Below, piece by piece: positions 1 through 10,279 of a DNA stretch of 64,000 bases. Made by a program: the position numbers and the translations under genes. This DNA comes from Neoechinorhynchus agilis (taxonomy: Eukaryota > Animalia > Acanthocephala), in the NCBI GenBank assembly GCA_051530055.1, contig CM121341.1, positions 11,820,784 through 11,884,783 of the forward strand. The letters run 5' to 3'. Within the stretch, counting starts at the first letter, position 1; the number at the start of each line of letters is the position of its first letter. The notes beneath the pieces were generated by a model, which worked only from the letters and a program-made list of their open reading frames with translations, did no database searches and was not told the origin of the DNA.

Positions 1-2387
1 GCTATGTTTATCTGAGACCATTCATCAGGGGACGCTGCCAACATGTGCTCAGCGAAGGAAGTGATATTTGATTGATTGAGAACGTTGGTGGCTTTGAAAC
101 AGGGGGAAGAACCATTGTTGGATGTAAGATTTCTTGAACCCCGCCAAATGATAAAATCATTCCGGCGTAAATCAAAACGACGAGGCTTAATTTGAATAAA
201 ATTATTGAAGACCGGGACACTACTTGCTTCATTGCAATGTTCAATGCAAAGAGCGCTAATAACATCGTCCCACCCCGAGGTTTTAATCCAACTCGATGCG
301 GCCCTTTTCCAGGGACAAAATCTTTTTGGTGCAACGACATGCCACCAAGGAGAGGAATAAGGCATAAAATAGCTAATTCGCTTACTGTCACAAGCTATTT
401 GAAATCGAGTTCTACAGGGCCAGTATAAAGAGGGCCAAAACTTAATCGACTCCCGATCATCGATTGCCTTAGCCATAAAATGTTGTCGGCCATACAGAGA
501 GAGTACTTTTGGTTTCTGCATTTTCGACCCGATACTTCTTGTGACCGTTGTTAAAATCGAGTCACTAGCTGTGACCACAAATTCATTTATGTCCTTGAGC
601 TGATCAAAAGCGCCAAAAGTGAAAGCAAAATTTATGGCAGCGTAAAGATGTTGATGTTAAGAGCACTAAACTTAAATCTACGGCACAAAATAATATTCCG
701 TCCCAATTCCCACACTAAGATATTGTGTCCAGCAATACGGAAAATTGATGATTGAGAACCAGTTTGGGTTTAACAAATGAGTTACTTCGAGCAAGACACA
801 AGTCTAGAAAAGAATGAGACCTGCCGTCGGTAAACGTGGGATCCGCAGAAACAATATGGTCACGGGTATTATCCGAACGTAAAATGGCCTTTATCCATTT
901 GTGAGATGGGTCGTTGAAATCTCCGAAGCAAAAGTCAATTCCGGATGCTAAAACATTTTTTATAAGATCTTTATTATGAGTGAGGTGTATTTTCCTAGGT
1001 TTAATATAGAAATTACCTAAGAGCAATTTCCTCCAATAGAAACGTATTGAAAATAAAGCGTAAGATAAATCTGGGGAAGTAAACTCGGAAATTAGGGTTG
1101 GTTGGAGGCAAGTTTTAAAAATGGATAATAAGCCTTGAGAGTAGTTTAAAAGGGGTTTTGTACAAAATAAAGAATATTCACTAGATAAAATATTAAAACT
1201 ATTCGGAAGGTAGTTAAGAGAGTACAGCGACTTAGTTTCTTGGATAAAAGTAATATCACTTTTCTGTGCTTCGGACAAAAGGCCAGGAATACCCAGAAGC
1301 CCGCCTGCGTTCCACTGCGCAATTCTCAATTCCATTGAGACCTACCCTTGATGAGATTTTGGACCCCGTCAGCACAAACCTGGGTTTATTCGCTTATGAT
1401 GTTGCTCACGAACTCCCCGACCTCTCGTACATGTCCACATCGTCTACACCTTTGCTACTTGAAACCAGTGCTCAACTGCGTTTGCAGGGTGCTGGAGCTA
1501 CCCCGGTCGCGATCTGAATATCTTTGAATTTTGTCGTGAGAGTTTCGATAAGACCGTTTAAGTGGGTAGACAGTCTTCTCTCAAGACACTGAATGGCCGC
1601 GGTGATTCGTAGATCGACCATGTCGAGGATTTTAGCGGAGAAATCAGGCAACTTCTTTTCCAAGGTGTCATCATAAGTCGTTCGTAGATTATTAACATCT
1701 TTGGATGTACCCAGTTGTTGCCTTGGGTATGTTTTTATGGTTGTATTATAGTCGTCGTAACGCGAAATCTCGTTTGAAGTAAATTTAACCTCCATGGATT
1801 GGAAGAAGGATCGCTCAGTGCATAGTGCGTCCCTCCGTTCGACCGCAGCTTTTACAATAGCTTTGGGAATAAACTTTCCCGTTTTTGATGACTTGAGGAA
1901 AAAGAACAATTTGACTCCGAATTTTTCCTCGAACGCTATCTTATCTGCATCATCAATATCTGGAGAGAGCCCAGAAACGATAAAGGTTGATTCATAACTT
2001 GTGTTCGAAATGGTCACACCTGCAAGGTTGCAGTTTTTGATGAAAGCCAGATAAGCCTCCATAAAATCCGCTGCTATAAACCTGATTTTCAATATTCCTC
2101 CGAAATAGCTGATAGATGAAATGCGATGGATATCATCCTTAAAGGATTTGAGCCGCTGCGCCAGATAACGTCTGTGTAGCTCTTCTATGGGTTGTATTGG
2201 ATTTGCTTCGATTTTTATCGTATTGGGCCATCTTTTAGAAGGCACCTCCACGAAATGCTTACTATTTTGATCGCTGAGAAGTTGACTCCGACTGTCCGTA
2301 GGCACGGGAATTCTCAGAACATTGGGTAGCCCGTACGCCACCCTCCACCGCAACAGCTTGTTGCGCAAACATAACCTCTGTCTCCAC
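1..2387 (-). mobile_element. APE-type non-LTR retrotransposon (LINE family B), 5' part: ORF1 (1472-2368), endonuclease ORF (715-1335) and linker running off the window start
   Basis: 715-1335 has APE motifs (IAQWNAGG, ITFIQETK, FCFGDFND, PTF..GRSHSFLDLCL). The gag-like ORF1 is near-identical to 55359-56590. A shifted frame stays open from about 650 to position 1. Confidence 0.85.
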
Positions 2388-3198
2388 TGAAATGGTAACT
2401 GACATGAGTGATCGCGTATAATCCAAAACCAAATTCGATCGCTTCTATGCGAAAAAAAATCATTTTTAGTAAAATTCTAAAATCGAATTTCGTCTGGTAA
2501 CACTCGACGTCTGTCAATCAAGTACGAGATCTTCGTCTTCGCCTCTTCGATCCTTCGACTGAATCCTATAAGAACAATCAATGAACAGGCGATTAAAGTT
2601 AGTATAACTCTGAGTAATGCAATGAATACAAGAGCTTGGCAAGTATCAAATTCCGACCAATAATTGTCTTTGAGGATAAGTTCGGCGGTGCTGTCGATTG
2701 ATTCATTCGCCGCTGTGTAGTGAATGGCAATCGAGTGGTCCATTTAAGCAAAAGAATAAATTCTAACTACTATTGATCAAATTTCGACCTCCAGAAACAA
2801 TTTTTCAATGTTTACAGAAATTTCCTGCTCGTAAAAAATTAAGTGTCGTGGAGGTTTCCAGCGTCGAAGGAATCATCTTTACAATATCATTTAGTACGCT
2901 CGAAATTGTTAAAAAACTAAAAAAATTTAACCAACGATCAATGATGAACTGCAACTACTAAAACTTTAATTGCAAATGAATTCATGAATTTTGCAATAGT
3001 GCTTTATTCAAGGCGCGTCGATGAGTTCCCATTTTAGCGGAAGTTTCTACAATATCGAAACATCGAAAAATCTGAAATTAATTTGTAAGAGACGCAACGG
3101 ATTGATCTTTTAAACAAATATAAAATTCGAAAACTCTCCCTTAGAGAATTTCCAAAGTGAGGCGTCGAACTCTAAAATGAAACGAGATTTTTTGTACG

Positions 3199-3278
3199 AC
3201 TGAGTCGTAAACATTTCCTACCAAGTTATTACATCAATACTGAGTCGTAAACATTTCCTACCAAGTTATTACATCAAT
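3199..3278. repeat. Perfect 40-bp tandem duplication present only in the left arm
   Basis: actgagtcgtaaacatttcctaccaagttattacatcaat occurs twice here and once at about 42750-42790. Confidence 0.95.
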
Positions 3279-3709
3279 CAAACACGAAACAAAAATTTTA
3301 CTTTCAATTCGAGACTTTAAGGCACTTCCTATTTTTTGTATTATTCTCACACAATCGTCCGGGACATTCAGGATCGTCATAAATGACACAGTAGTGAGCT
3401 TTTTTCCTTTAGTGAAAATATCCTCGTGGATTTGACACCTAAATGTTCCTTGCATTAAAAGTCAATGAGACTTCGACGAGAGCGGCTCTCGTGCTCATTC
3501 GGAAACATGGACAAGTAAACAATTCTTTGGGCTTTTTGACAAATGAATGTTTGCTCAGTCAATGTTGTCTAACATAAAAGTGCATTGCCATTTAAATGGT
3601 TCTTTATCACTTTGGATTGAACCTCGACATTCTTAATGGCTCATTTGGTTGTTCCGAAAAGATATAAAAGCGACTCATTGAAGGCAAATTCGATGAAAAC
3701 TGAGTTTCC

Positions 3710-3916
3710 ATGCATCCCGAACAGTCAGCCACAACCTTCACAACAGTGAGAGAAGCTCGGTACCGAGCAATTTATGGCGATCTTCAATGTCCGAACTCTT
3801 CGCCCGGACGATTGTATGAGAGCCACACGCGATGTTTAAGTCAGCCACGAAACGCGGCCATTTACGAAGAGGTTCCAAAGGAAAAGAAGAAAAAGAAAAA
3901 GTGCTCTATTCAGTAG
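3710..3916 (+). CDS. Putative last exon of a small protein ending in a polybasic + CaaX prenylation motif
   Basis: The ORF ends KEKKKKKKCSIQ*; translation is identical in the second arm. Upstream exons not resolved. Confidence 0.4.
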   Translation: MHPEQSATTFTTVREARYRAIYGDLQCPNSSPGRLYESHTRCLSQPRNAAIYEEVPKEKKKKKKCSIQ

Positions 3917-4253
3917 TAGATTTTAAGTTTTAATAAACTTAATTCGAAACTTTTATTGAAGTGTTTAACGCTTTGAACAAATTTCGGTCATTTAGTTCCG
4001 ATAAAATGTACTAAACCGAGTTTTTAACACTCGCGCGTAAAAAATATTTCATCTGCAAGAAGATGAACATCAGCAAAATGCCCAGTTTATCTTAGATAAA
4101 AACCTTTAGGAGGGTGCGAGAACTTCTCTACCGAGGAGTAAAATGTCGGCTAATTTGAATCGAGAAATCGTTTCTGAGTTCCAAAACGAAAGAACCTTTT
4201 CCGAAGTTATTTTCTTTTTAGAATACTACTTATAGAATTTACAATCATAATCG

Positions 4254-4971
4254 ATGATTTCAATTGGGCGTTCGATTGTTCGGTCCGGTTTTCGATTTAC
4301 TTCAACTTATCATCAACAAAGACTTCAAAGCATTCCTGAGGTTGTTTCTAAATTGGACGACTTTATTGCCAGAGACAATATCGTGAGTACATTAAAAAAT
4401 CATTTTGATTAAATAAATCGTCTTAAAACAAACAGCATTATTTCCTAGCGATTGGACTCATTCCAGCAACTCTGCTCATCACTTACGTGAACGTCACTCG
4501 AGGTTCAGAGATGAACTCTAAGGATATTTGTGACCGTTTGCTATTTTAGGCGATAGCGTCCTTACCGAGATTCCTGGAGGATACGACCCAGAGGCCTGGG
4601 AATATTACAAAGTTTGTTTTCCTGTTTTTGTGCTTAAATCATTTAAAAAATAGCGACCAATGACTCGTCTCTTGACAAAATATTATTATTTGAGCGAAGA
4701 ACAAATCCATGAGATGAACCTTCATGCCAACTACGCTCGTTTGATGCTTCGAAGAATGAAGTTTGGTTTTAGCTGACTCGACACTCACTATTTCCTTAGT
4801 CTTCTCGAGGTTAAAGTTAAGAAATTGATGAAGGAAAGACAGGATTACAAGGCCTGGTACTACACTCCATCGCCGTCCGAGGAAGTCCTAGTTGGATCCA
4901 AACAAATTGAACGAATGGGAACCGGATTCGAAGCTCATGTTGGGGACGTCTACAAGAAACGAAAAGAGTGA
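4254..4971 (+). CDS. NDUFB5: NADH dehydrogenase 1 beta subcomplex subunit 5, 5 exons (4254-4382, 4436-4502, 4550-4611, 4654-4760, 4800-4971)
   Basis: Joining the GT-AG introns gives ...HYFLAIGLIPATLLITYVNVTRGDSVLTEIPGGYDPEAWEYYKRPMTRLL...EVKVKKLMKERQDYKAWYY, matching the NDUFB5 pattern GIP..L.IT.VNV..G...L.EIP.GY.P..WEYYK.P. Absent from the ORF track. Confidence 0.88.
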
Positions 4972-5149
4972 ATCGTACGCAGTTCTTTCAAGTGTTCAAA
5001 GTGGACGTTTATGGATAAACATAGACTTTGGCTAATTAATATTTAAAACCGGTATTAAAATGGCGCTTTTTATTTCAACCCAACATTGAATTAACTTTTT
5101 ATCATCTTTTTTAATGGAGTTTGTAAAGTCCGTCGCTAGAATGAATATT

Positions 5150-5462
5150 CTAATTTAGTTCCCTAGACCGATACCAAGCAATAGTTAAGTTCGAAGACCG
5201 TTTCGTAACCGAAGACAGACCTGAACACTTTCTCTTAAAGCTTAAACCAATGGATTCGAGATAATTTCCACTTAGCTGAGTACTGTGTCGTATTGTCCAT
5301 AATGTAAAATCAACAATCGTCTTCTTTGCACTATCGTCTTCAATTTTGGAATAAGTAGCGCTCAAATGACTGTCGATTTCGTAAACCGGGTCCCCATTGT
5401 TTATGGTCATTATTTTACATGGTCTCGTTGGGTCACTCATTTAAATAACAGCTTCGAGGAAT
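5150..5462 (-). pseudogene. 5'-truncated copy of the unidentified gene at about 40340-40875
   Basis: Same exon as 40563-40875, cut by the duplication breakpoint and carrying TAC->TAA just before the ATG of the annotated ORF. Confidence 0.55.
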
Positions 5463-6263
5463 CACTATTTTTTGAAGGATTGTTGATTTGTTTTGTTGCT
5501 ACGTACTTGTTAAATGTGAATTCGCAAATCATATATTTGGCTTATTAGATAGCTGAAAAACTGGATCTCCATATTAATATGCAAAATATTATTTGACAAT
5601 TACTCCTTCGTTAAAACAAAGTGTAAATAAATGGCTTTCTAGCAAACCTAATAAATAAAATATTATTTTAAAAGAAAATAACTAGTAGGTTCAAATAGTA
5701 GACAAAAAACACAGAGTGAACTACTTCACTTCAATTTATTCACTCAATTTAGCGATTCCGGGTAAAAGAAGCTTTGTTTACTTAAGACATTTCTGATCTA
5801 TCCCACGGCAATAAAATTTCGAAAATGAAAATTAAATATTAAGGGATTTTGCAAAACTTCGTTTGTTTCACGTGGGAAACGAATTTTACTCCCTGTTTTA
5901 TTATAAACAAAAACCTTTTTGCAATCATTATCAACTGTTTGTTTATAAATGCGATTAGTATGTCTTTCAAAATCAATTGTTCAAAATAAAGCGCTTTCGA
6001 ATTTAATTGTTGACTCATTACGATGAACGATTAATGCATTATACGTGCAAGGAATAACGAAGGTTTAATGGGAAGCATTTGAATATGTTCGTTGATGTTC
6101 AGCGGGAACCAGTGCTCAAGCGCAGAAATCTGCATTCGAGGAAGAGATTTTATTTAGTTTAATCGATTGTTTTGATGGGGTTATTTTGTTACTGCCTGCC
6201 AATCCTAGTTTTGTAATGGCATGCGATCTAGCTAATGTGGTTTGGGGGTGCTAAATGATTGAC

Positions 6264-6964
6264 TCACTGCATTTGGTGAGGAATGTTATGGATATTCGAT
6301 TGGTTTGGGTAAACTACATTGTTCCATTGATTCTGATTATTGCTGTTTATGGGCAAGAAAAGTTGTCCTCTGCCATTCGGGTTGAATTGAGGCCATTGGT
6401 TTTGCCATACAGAAACGATTTGCACTGGAAACCATGAGATTTGGTTTGGATAGCGGTGCATAGTGGTAAGAGGACCACGTTGAAGTTGTGTAGTTCCAGC
6501 ATTCATTGCATCATTGGTCCTCAACATTATCGGTCCATTTTCTCTTAGGTTTCCTCCGGTTTGAACTGATGTCGAATTCGTTGCATAGCGGTAGTTTCTG
6601 GGGAAGTTGGGATTTATTTGGAATCGACCTCCTCCGAAAGTGGAGTGGTCCGTAACCCTCTCAAATTCTGGGCTATAAAATAGCCGATGACGGATTGAAT
6701 TCTAAATATAGGTGATTTTCAAATAACTTCAAATACCTGAGGAATAATACATACTTTCCAAGAGCGCTTCGAAATTGTTAAGTTTCTATAGTGCTCCCTT
6801 GCAAAATCATAGATTTCTCGTAAAGAGCACATTCCATTCGGACTTCTCTCAATGGCTCCACGGATAATTTCAGGATAAGTCCCACGGGGAAGCCGTGGTG
6901 TCGGGGCATCGGCGGATTGAAGTTCAGTGTACGATGAGTTAGCTGGCAATTGTTGAAACTGCAT
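6264..6964 (-). CDS. Divergent forkhead-box transcription factor, 2 exons (6964-6755, 6701-6264)
   Basis: PRGTYPEIIRGAIERSPNGMCSLREIYDF..HY...SWK^NSIRHRL across a 53-nt GT-AG intron; N/Q/P-rich C-terminus. Confidence 0.8.
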
Positions 6965-7299
6965 TCTCTTGTCAAGACGTTGTAAAGGTTTATGATCTTT
7001 GATTCGATATTAGTCGAACTTATCGCACCGGAAATCGTCGCAAACGCATTTACGGTACGAGTTGGTAAATTTATCTTCGTTGACAAACATCCTTTTAGAG
7101 ATCATCCTGTTTTCAACACATTCATGTCAATGACAATCAGTGGATCTAATTATTTATTGTACTCATTTTTGCCCATTTAGGTTTAGAGAACGCACGATTC
7201 GCTGGACATTCATTTAATTGTTATTCAATTAAGTATCAATTTTTCCAAATGTCGACTTACACACTCAGACTTAAAGGAGCAAGCTATGGCTTTAAATAC

Positions 7300-8350
7300 A
7301 ATGCAAGACAAATATAAACCCGAAACCAATTACATTGAACTCGCGTAAAAGAGATGGTCACACCCTGTAGTGATAAAATCCAATCCGATTCTACCAAGAG
7401 AAAAGATTCAAAGACGAAAGGGAGAGAATCAAATCGATCTAATAATCCGTAGGCAAACTAAAAAATATTTCACATGCAGCTTCTTTAGGCAAGAGTTCAT
7501 CGATAAGATTTCTAAAAATTGCGATTTATCTGGCATTTAAGTTTCTGCTAATAGCTTTGAATCAACATTGTTTGTTTGCGGATTATCAACAGGTATCGAG
7601 GATATTGATAAGAAGGATTTCGAAAACAAGTTACAAAAACAGGTAAGGGGCCGACATTCCGGGCTTGGAAATAAAGTTTCATATAAGTGATATTGCCGAC
7701 AAGACGACTTCCATTTTCAAAGATGTTCTGATTGCCAGCGATGGAGGTATTAGACACAAAAATTGTGCACAAAATCATTGTAGCGGGAGTTGCCCGAAAA
7801 CCGATCAGATTTCTGCAAATGCGGACAGACCGAACATTACGCTTTCTCAAAATCCTATACAGAGTTCAAAAAGTATGTAATATGGGAACAACAGGAACGA
7901 ATTGCCTCGAATACAAATGGCACTGATTATCATCCTCAAAGGCAATCCGAAGCTTTCGACCGCTCACAGCGAAATTCATCAGTAATTGATCAGTACGGGA
8001 ATCCTCGAAGAACGATGATAAGTTCAACGACAATGGATACGTTGAGTGTGTTAATTGTCGAGAGATGACGATTAATAAAAGTAGGGATCACAAGACAAGT
8101 AGAAGATTTGGGAAGTTATCTTCCGCTCCAATTAAAGACAAAGGCAAGTCAAAGAAGAAATGAGCGGGGAATGGGCTGGAGTACTGGGAATGAATAGGCA
8201 AGTTTAGAAATGTATTGGATGTCCTTCCACTCAAATTGCTGAATTCACCGCCAACATTATGAAGGTGGCTTGTTTGCGCGGCGATTGCTCGACATCAATG
8301 GCCACCAATTAACTAAAAAGCGGTTGAGAAAACTCTCAAAACTTGACAAC
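7300..8350 (+). mobile_element. Degraded ORF1 (gag-like) of a LINE related to family B
   Basis: KRWSHPVVIKSNPI, KNCDLSGI..SFESTLFVCGLS and CKCGQTEHYAFSKSYTEFKKYVIW align with LINE-B ORF1 (KRWPNTIKIEANPI, KNCNLAGV..SYESTFIVSGLS, HCAFSKNCKAFKEYVVW); stops and frameshifts present. Confidence 0.7.
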
Positions 8351-8490
8351 TACGTACCTTGATCGAAAACTGGTGCCTAGATTAAGGTTAATGATGAGTA
8401 AGTACGCAGAATAATTGCGGAACAACTCTTGATTTGACGCCGTAAATAATATGATCTAGGTGTATAGGGAGCAGACGGATCTGAGGTTGG

Positions 8491-8661
8491 TGTTTGTTTA
8501 TGGCGAAATTAAAAGAATTTATTAAATCCGATATTTCGGCACAATCGTTTGCCTTTATCAAAGTTGTTTGCAAATGTTTACGACGTTAGATCGTGCCCAC
8601 AAGATTGTGCCGAAATATTGGAACCAATAAATTCTTTTAATTTTTCCGCCATAAACAAACA
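8491..8661. mobile_element. Fold-back insertion (about 56-bp imperfect inverted arms, 8491-8546 and 8603-8661) containing a hammerhead motif
   Basis: The arms are reverse complements; shares taacgtcgtaaacaYttgcaaacaa and GAAATATC with the 11531-11695 insertion. Confidence 0.75.
8527..8564 (-). ncRNA. Minimal hammerhead ribozyme motif, U3-A8 variant
   Basis: Minus strand: UUGAUAA-A-GGCA-aacgauug-UGCC-GAAA-UA-UC. Stem II 4 bp, palindromic AUAU stem III, weak stem I. Confidence 0.7.
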
Positions 8662-9469
8662 TGAATAGTTTAATTTTCAAACACTGGGATTGATGCAGTG
8701 TAATTCAGGCGAGAATGTAGAAATCCACAAATTACATTGTGAAATAGTAATTGGTGATATTGTTTTGGTACAAGCGACGAAATCCCTACTTCCAATCAAT
8801 CAAGTTACCACCTCCTAGCTGAGCTTGTTATTTTTTAATATCCCCTTTAGCTCTTTCCGAATGTATTTACGCCATATTTTCCATCTCCTATGATGAAATG
8901 AAAATTTTAATAGGTACTGTTTATATTTGACCGCGGACAATTCACCTACCTCGGATTAAAGAGCTATTAAAAATCGGCTAAATTCTTGATTGGGCGTTTT
9001 TTTTGGGAACTGCGATTCTTTTCATGAACGAAGTAACCCAGTTATCAGATCGACGGACCTACATGAGATTATCTTACCTCCATGTCCCACTTTTACCACT
9101 ATCTTATGTTATTACTATCTGGATTTGTGTTTTTTAAGAAATAAATACTCCGTAAAACCCGTGGTCATATCTCAGTAGGCTATTTTCGGTTTGTCTAGGC
9201 CCGATCTTATTGTATGAAGTTTCGACAAAACCTCTTTCTTAAGTAAAAGCTTTAAATAATCATCTCTCGAAATTCAGCTTATAAACTCCTGCACTCAATT
9301 TTTGTGCATCCATTTTAGGAAAGATTTCCCTAAAAAATCATCAAATTGACCTCCGTTTAGTTCCAGGCATTTTTAAATTGATTTTGCAGAGGTCGTTTTC
9401 AGCTAACTGAGGACTACAAGAAACTATTTTCAATTAAGCCATATTCGTCACCTTCCGTCCTTTTCATAT

Positions 9470-10247
9470 TGTCACGGGTTAATGAATCAAAAAACCTGGT
9501 TTTTGTGGTACTTTCTGGAGTTTGCATGTTAACACTTTTTAGTTGTCAAATAACAAACCACCGCCACATGAATAATCACAACAAACCCACACGAACCCAC
9601 ACGAATACTCACATTGATGTCATTGTTTGCCACTGTTCACAGCTACGTCCGTACAGTTCCTCCCCTTTTCTTTTAGCAATTCGTAGTATAGCAGAACTGG
9701 CTTTCGCCCTATTCGCACACTGCGTCTCTGCAACGGATCATCTTTCACTTTCTGTGCCAGATCTTCTCTTCCTCAGCCTCCGTTGGCTTATTCAGATCAG
9801 AATTATTGTTTAGAAGTCTTCACCCGGTAAATGATTATTTATTATGGGCGTTTCGAACCTCGTCGGGTTCATCATCAGTTTGTTAGTTAGTAATAGACGT
9901 ACAAACAAACAAACTGATGATGAACCCGACGAGGTTCGCAGAACGTCTTTAATAAATAATCATTTACCGGGTGTAGACCTAAACAATAATTTTAATCACA
10001 TTCCCCGGTACCTCACATATCGACATATTCAGATCATTTCCTCTACCACTACCGGCTCCCCTTTCATTTCCTCTTCCGACCCATCGTCGATCCTCATCTC
10101 CTGCTCTATTGCGATATTCTTTTCAACTAATCCGATCTTCTTTTTCCAATCTTTTCCTGTTATGACCTCCGTGTATTCGTTTCAATCCTCTTTATTTGTC
10201 TCCACTACATACGAGAATGGTCCGTTCTGCTTACTTATCGCGTGACA
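9470..10247 (-). mobile_element. 3' LTR of a Gypsy-type retrotransposon, interrupted by a 191-bp palindrome
   Basis: Termini TGTCACG...CGTGACA (TG..CA with 7-bp inverted ends); a purine-rich tract (ggatgaaagatgg) precedes it on the minus strand; lies directly downstream of the integrase remnant. Confidence 0.65.
9801..9991. mobile_element. Palindromic element (HH-A family) with a hammerhead motif on each strand
   Basis: Arms of about 85 bp are reverse complements. Minus 9844-9881: CUGAUGA-U-GAACC-cgacga-GGUUC-GAAACGCC. Plus 9911-9950: CUGAUGA-U-GAACC-cgacga-GGUUC-GCAGAACGUC-UUU. Confidence 0.8.
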
Positions 10248-10279
10248 CCATCTTTCATCCACATTTTATTTTAGTTCTT

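Larger units (their letters stand above)
2389..5462. repeat. Left arm of an inverted segmental duplication (matches 40563-43595 reverse-complemented)
   Basis: Colinear near-identity over about 3.05 kb; ORFs 2477-2743, 3710-3916 and 5150-5440 recur at 43241-43507, 42109-42315 and 40585-40875 on the opposite strand. Confidence 0.97.

Noticed and set aside
2477-2961. ORFs 2477-2743 and 2773-2961 as real genes
   Set aside because: They differ between arms by many amino-acid replacements while NDUFB5 shows none, and no family is recognisable.
9411-9430. ctgagga...gaaac motif
   Set aside because: No stem II or stem I pairing.
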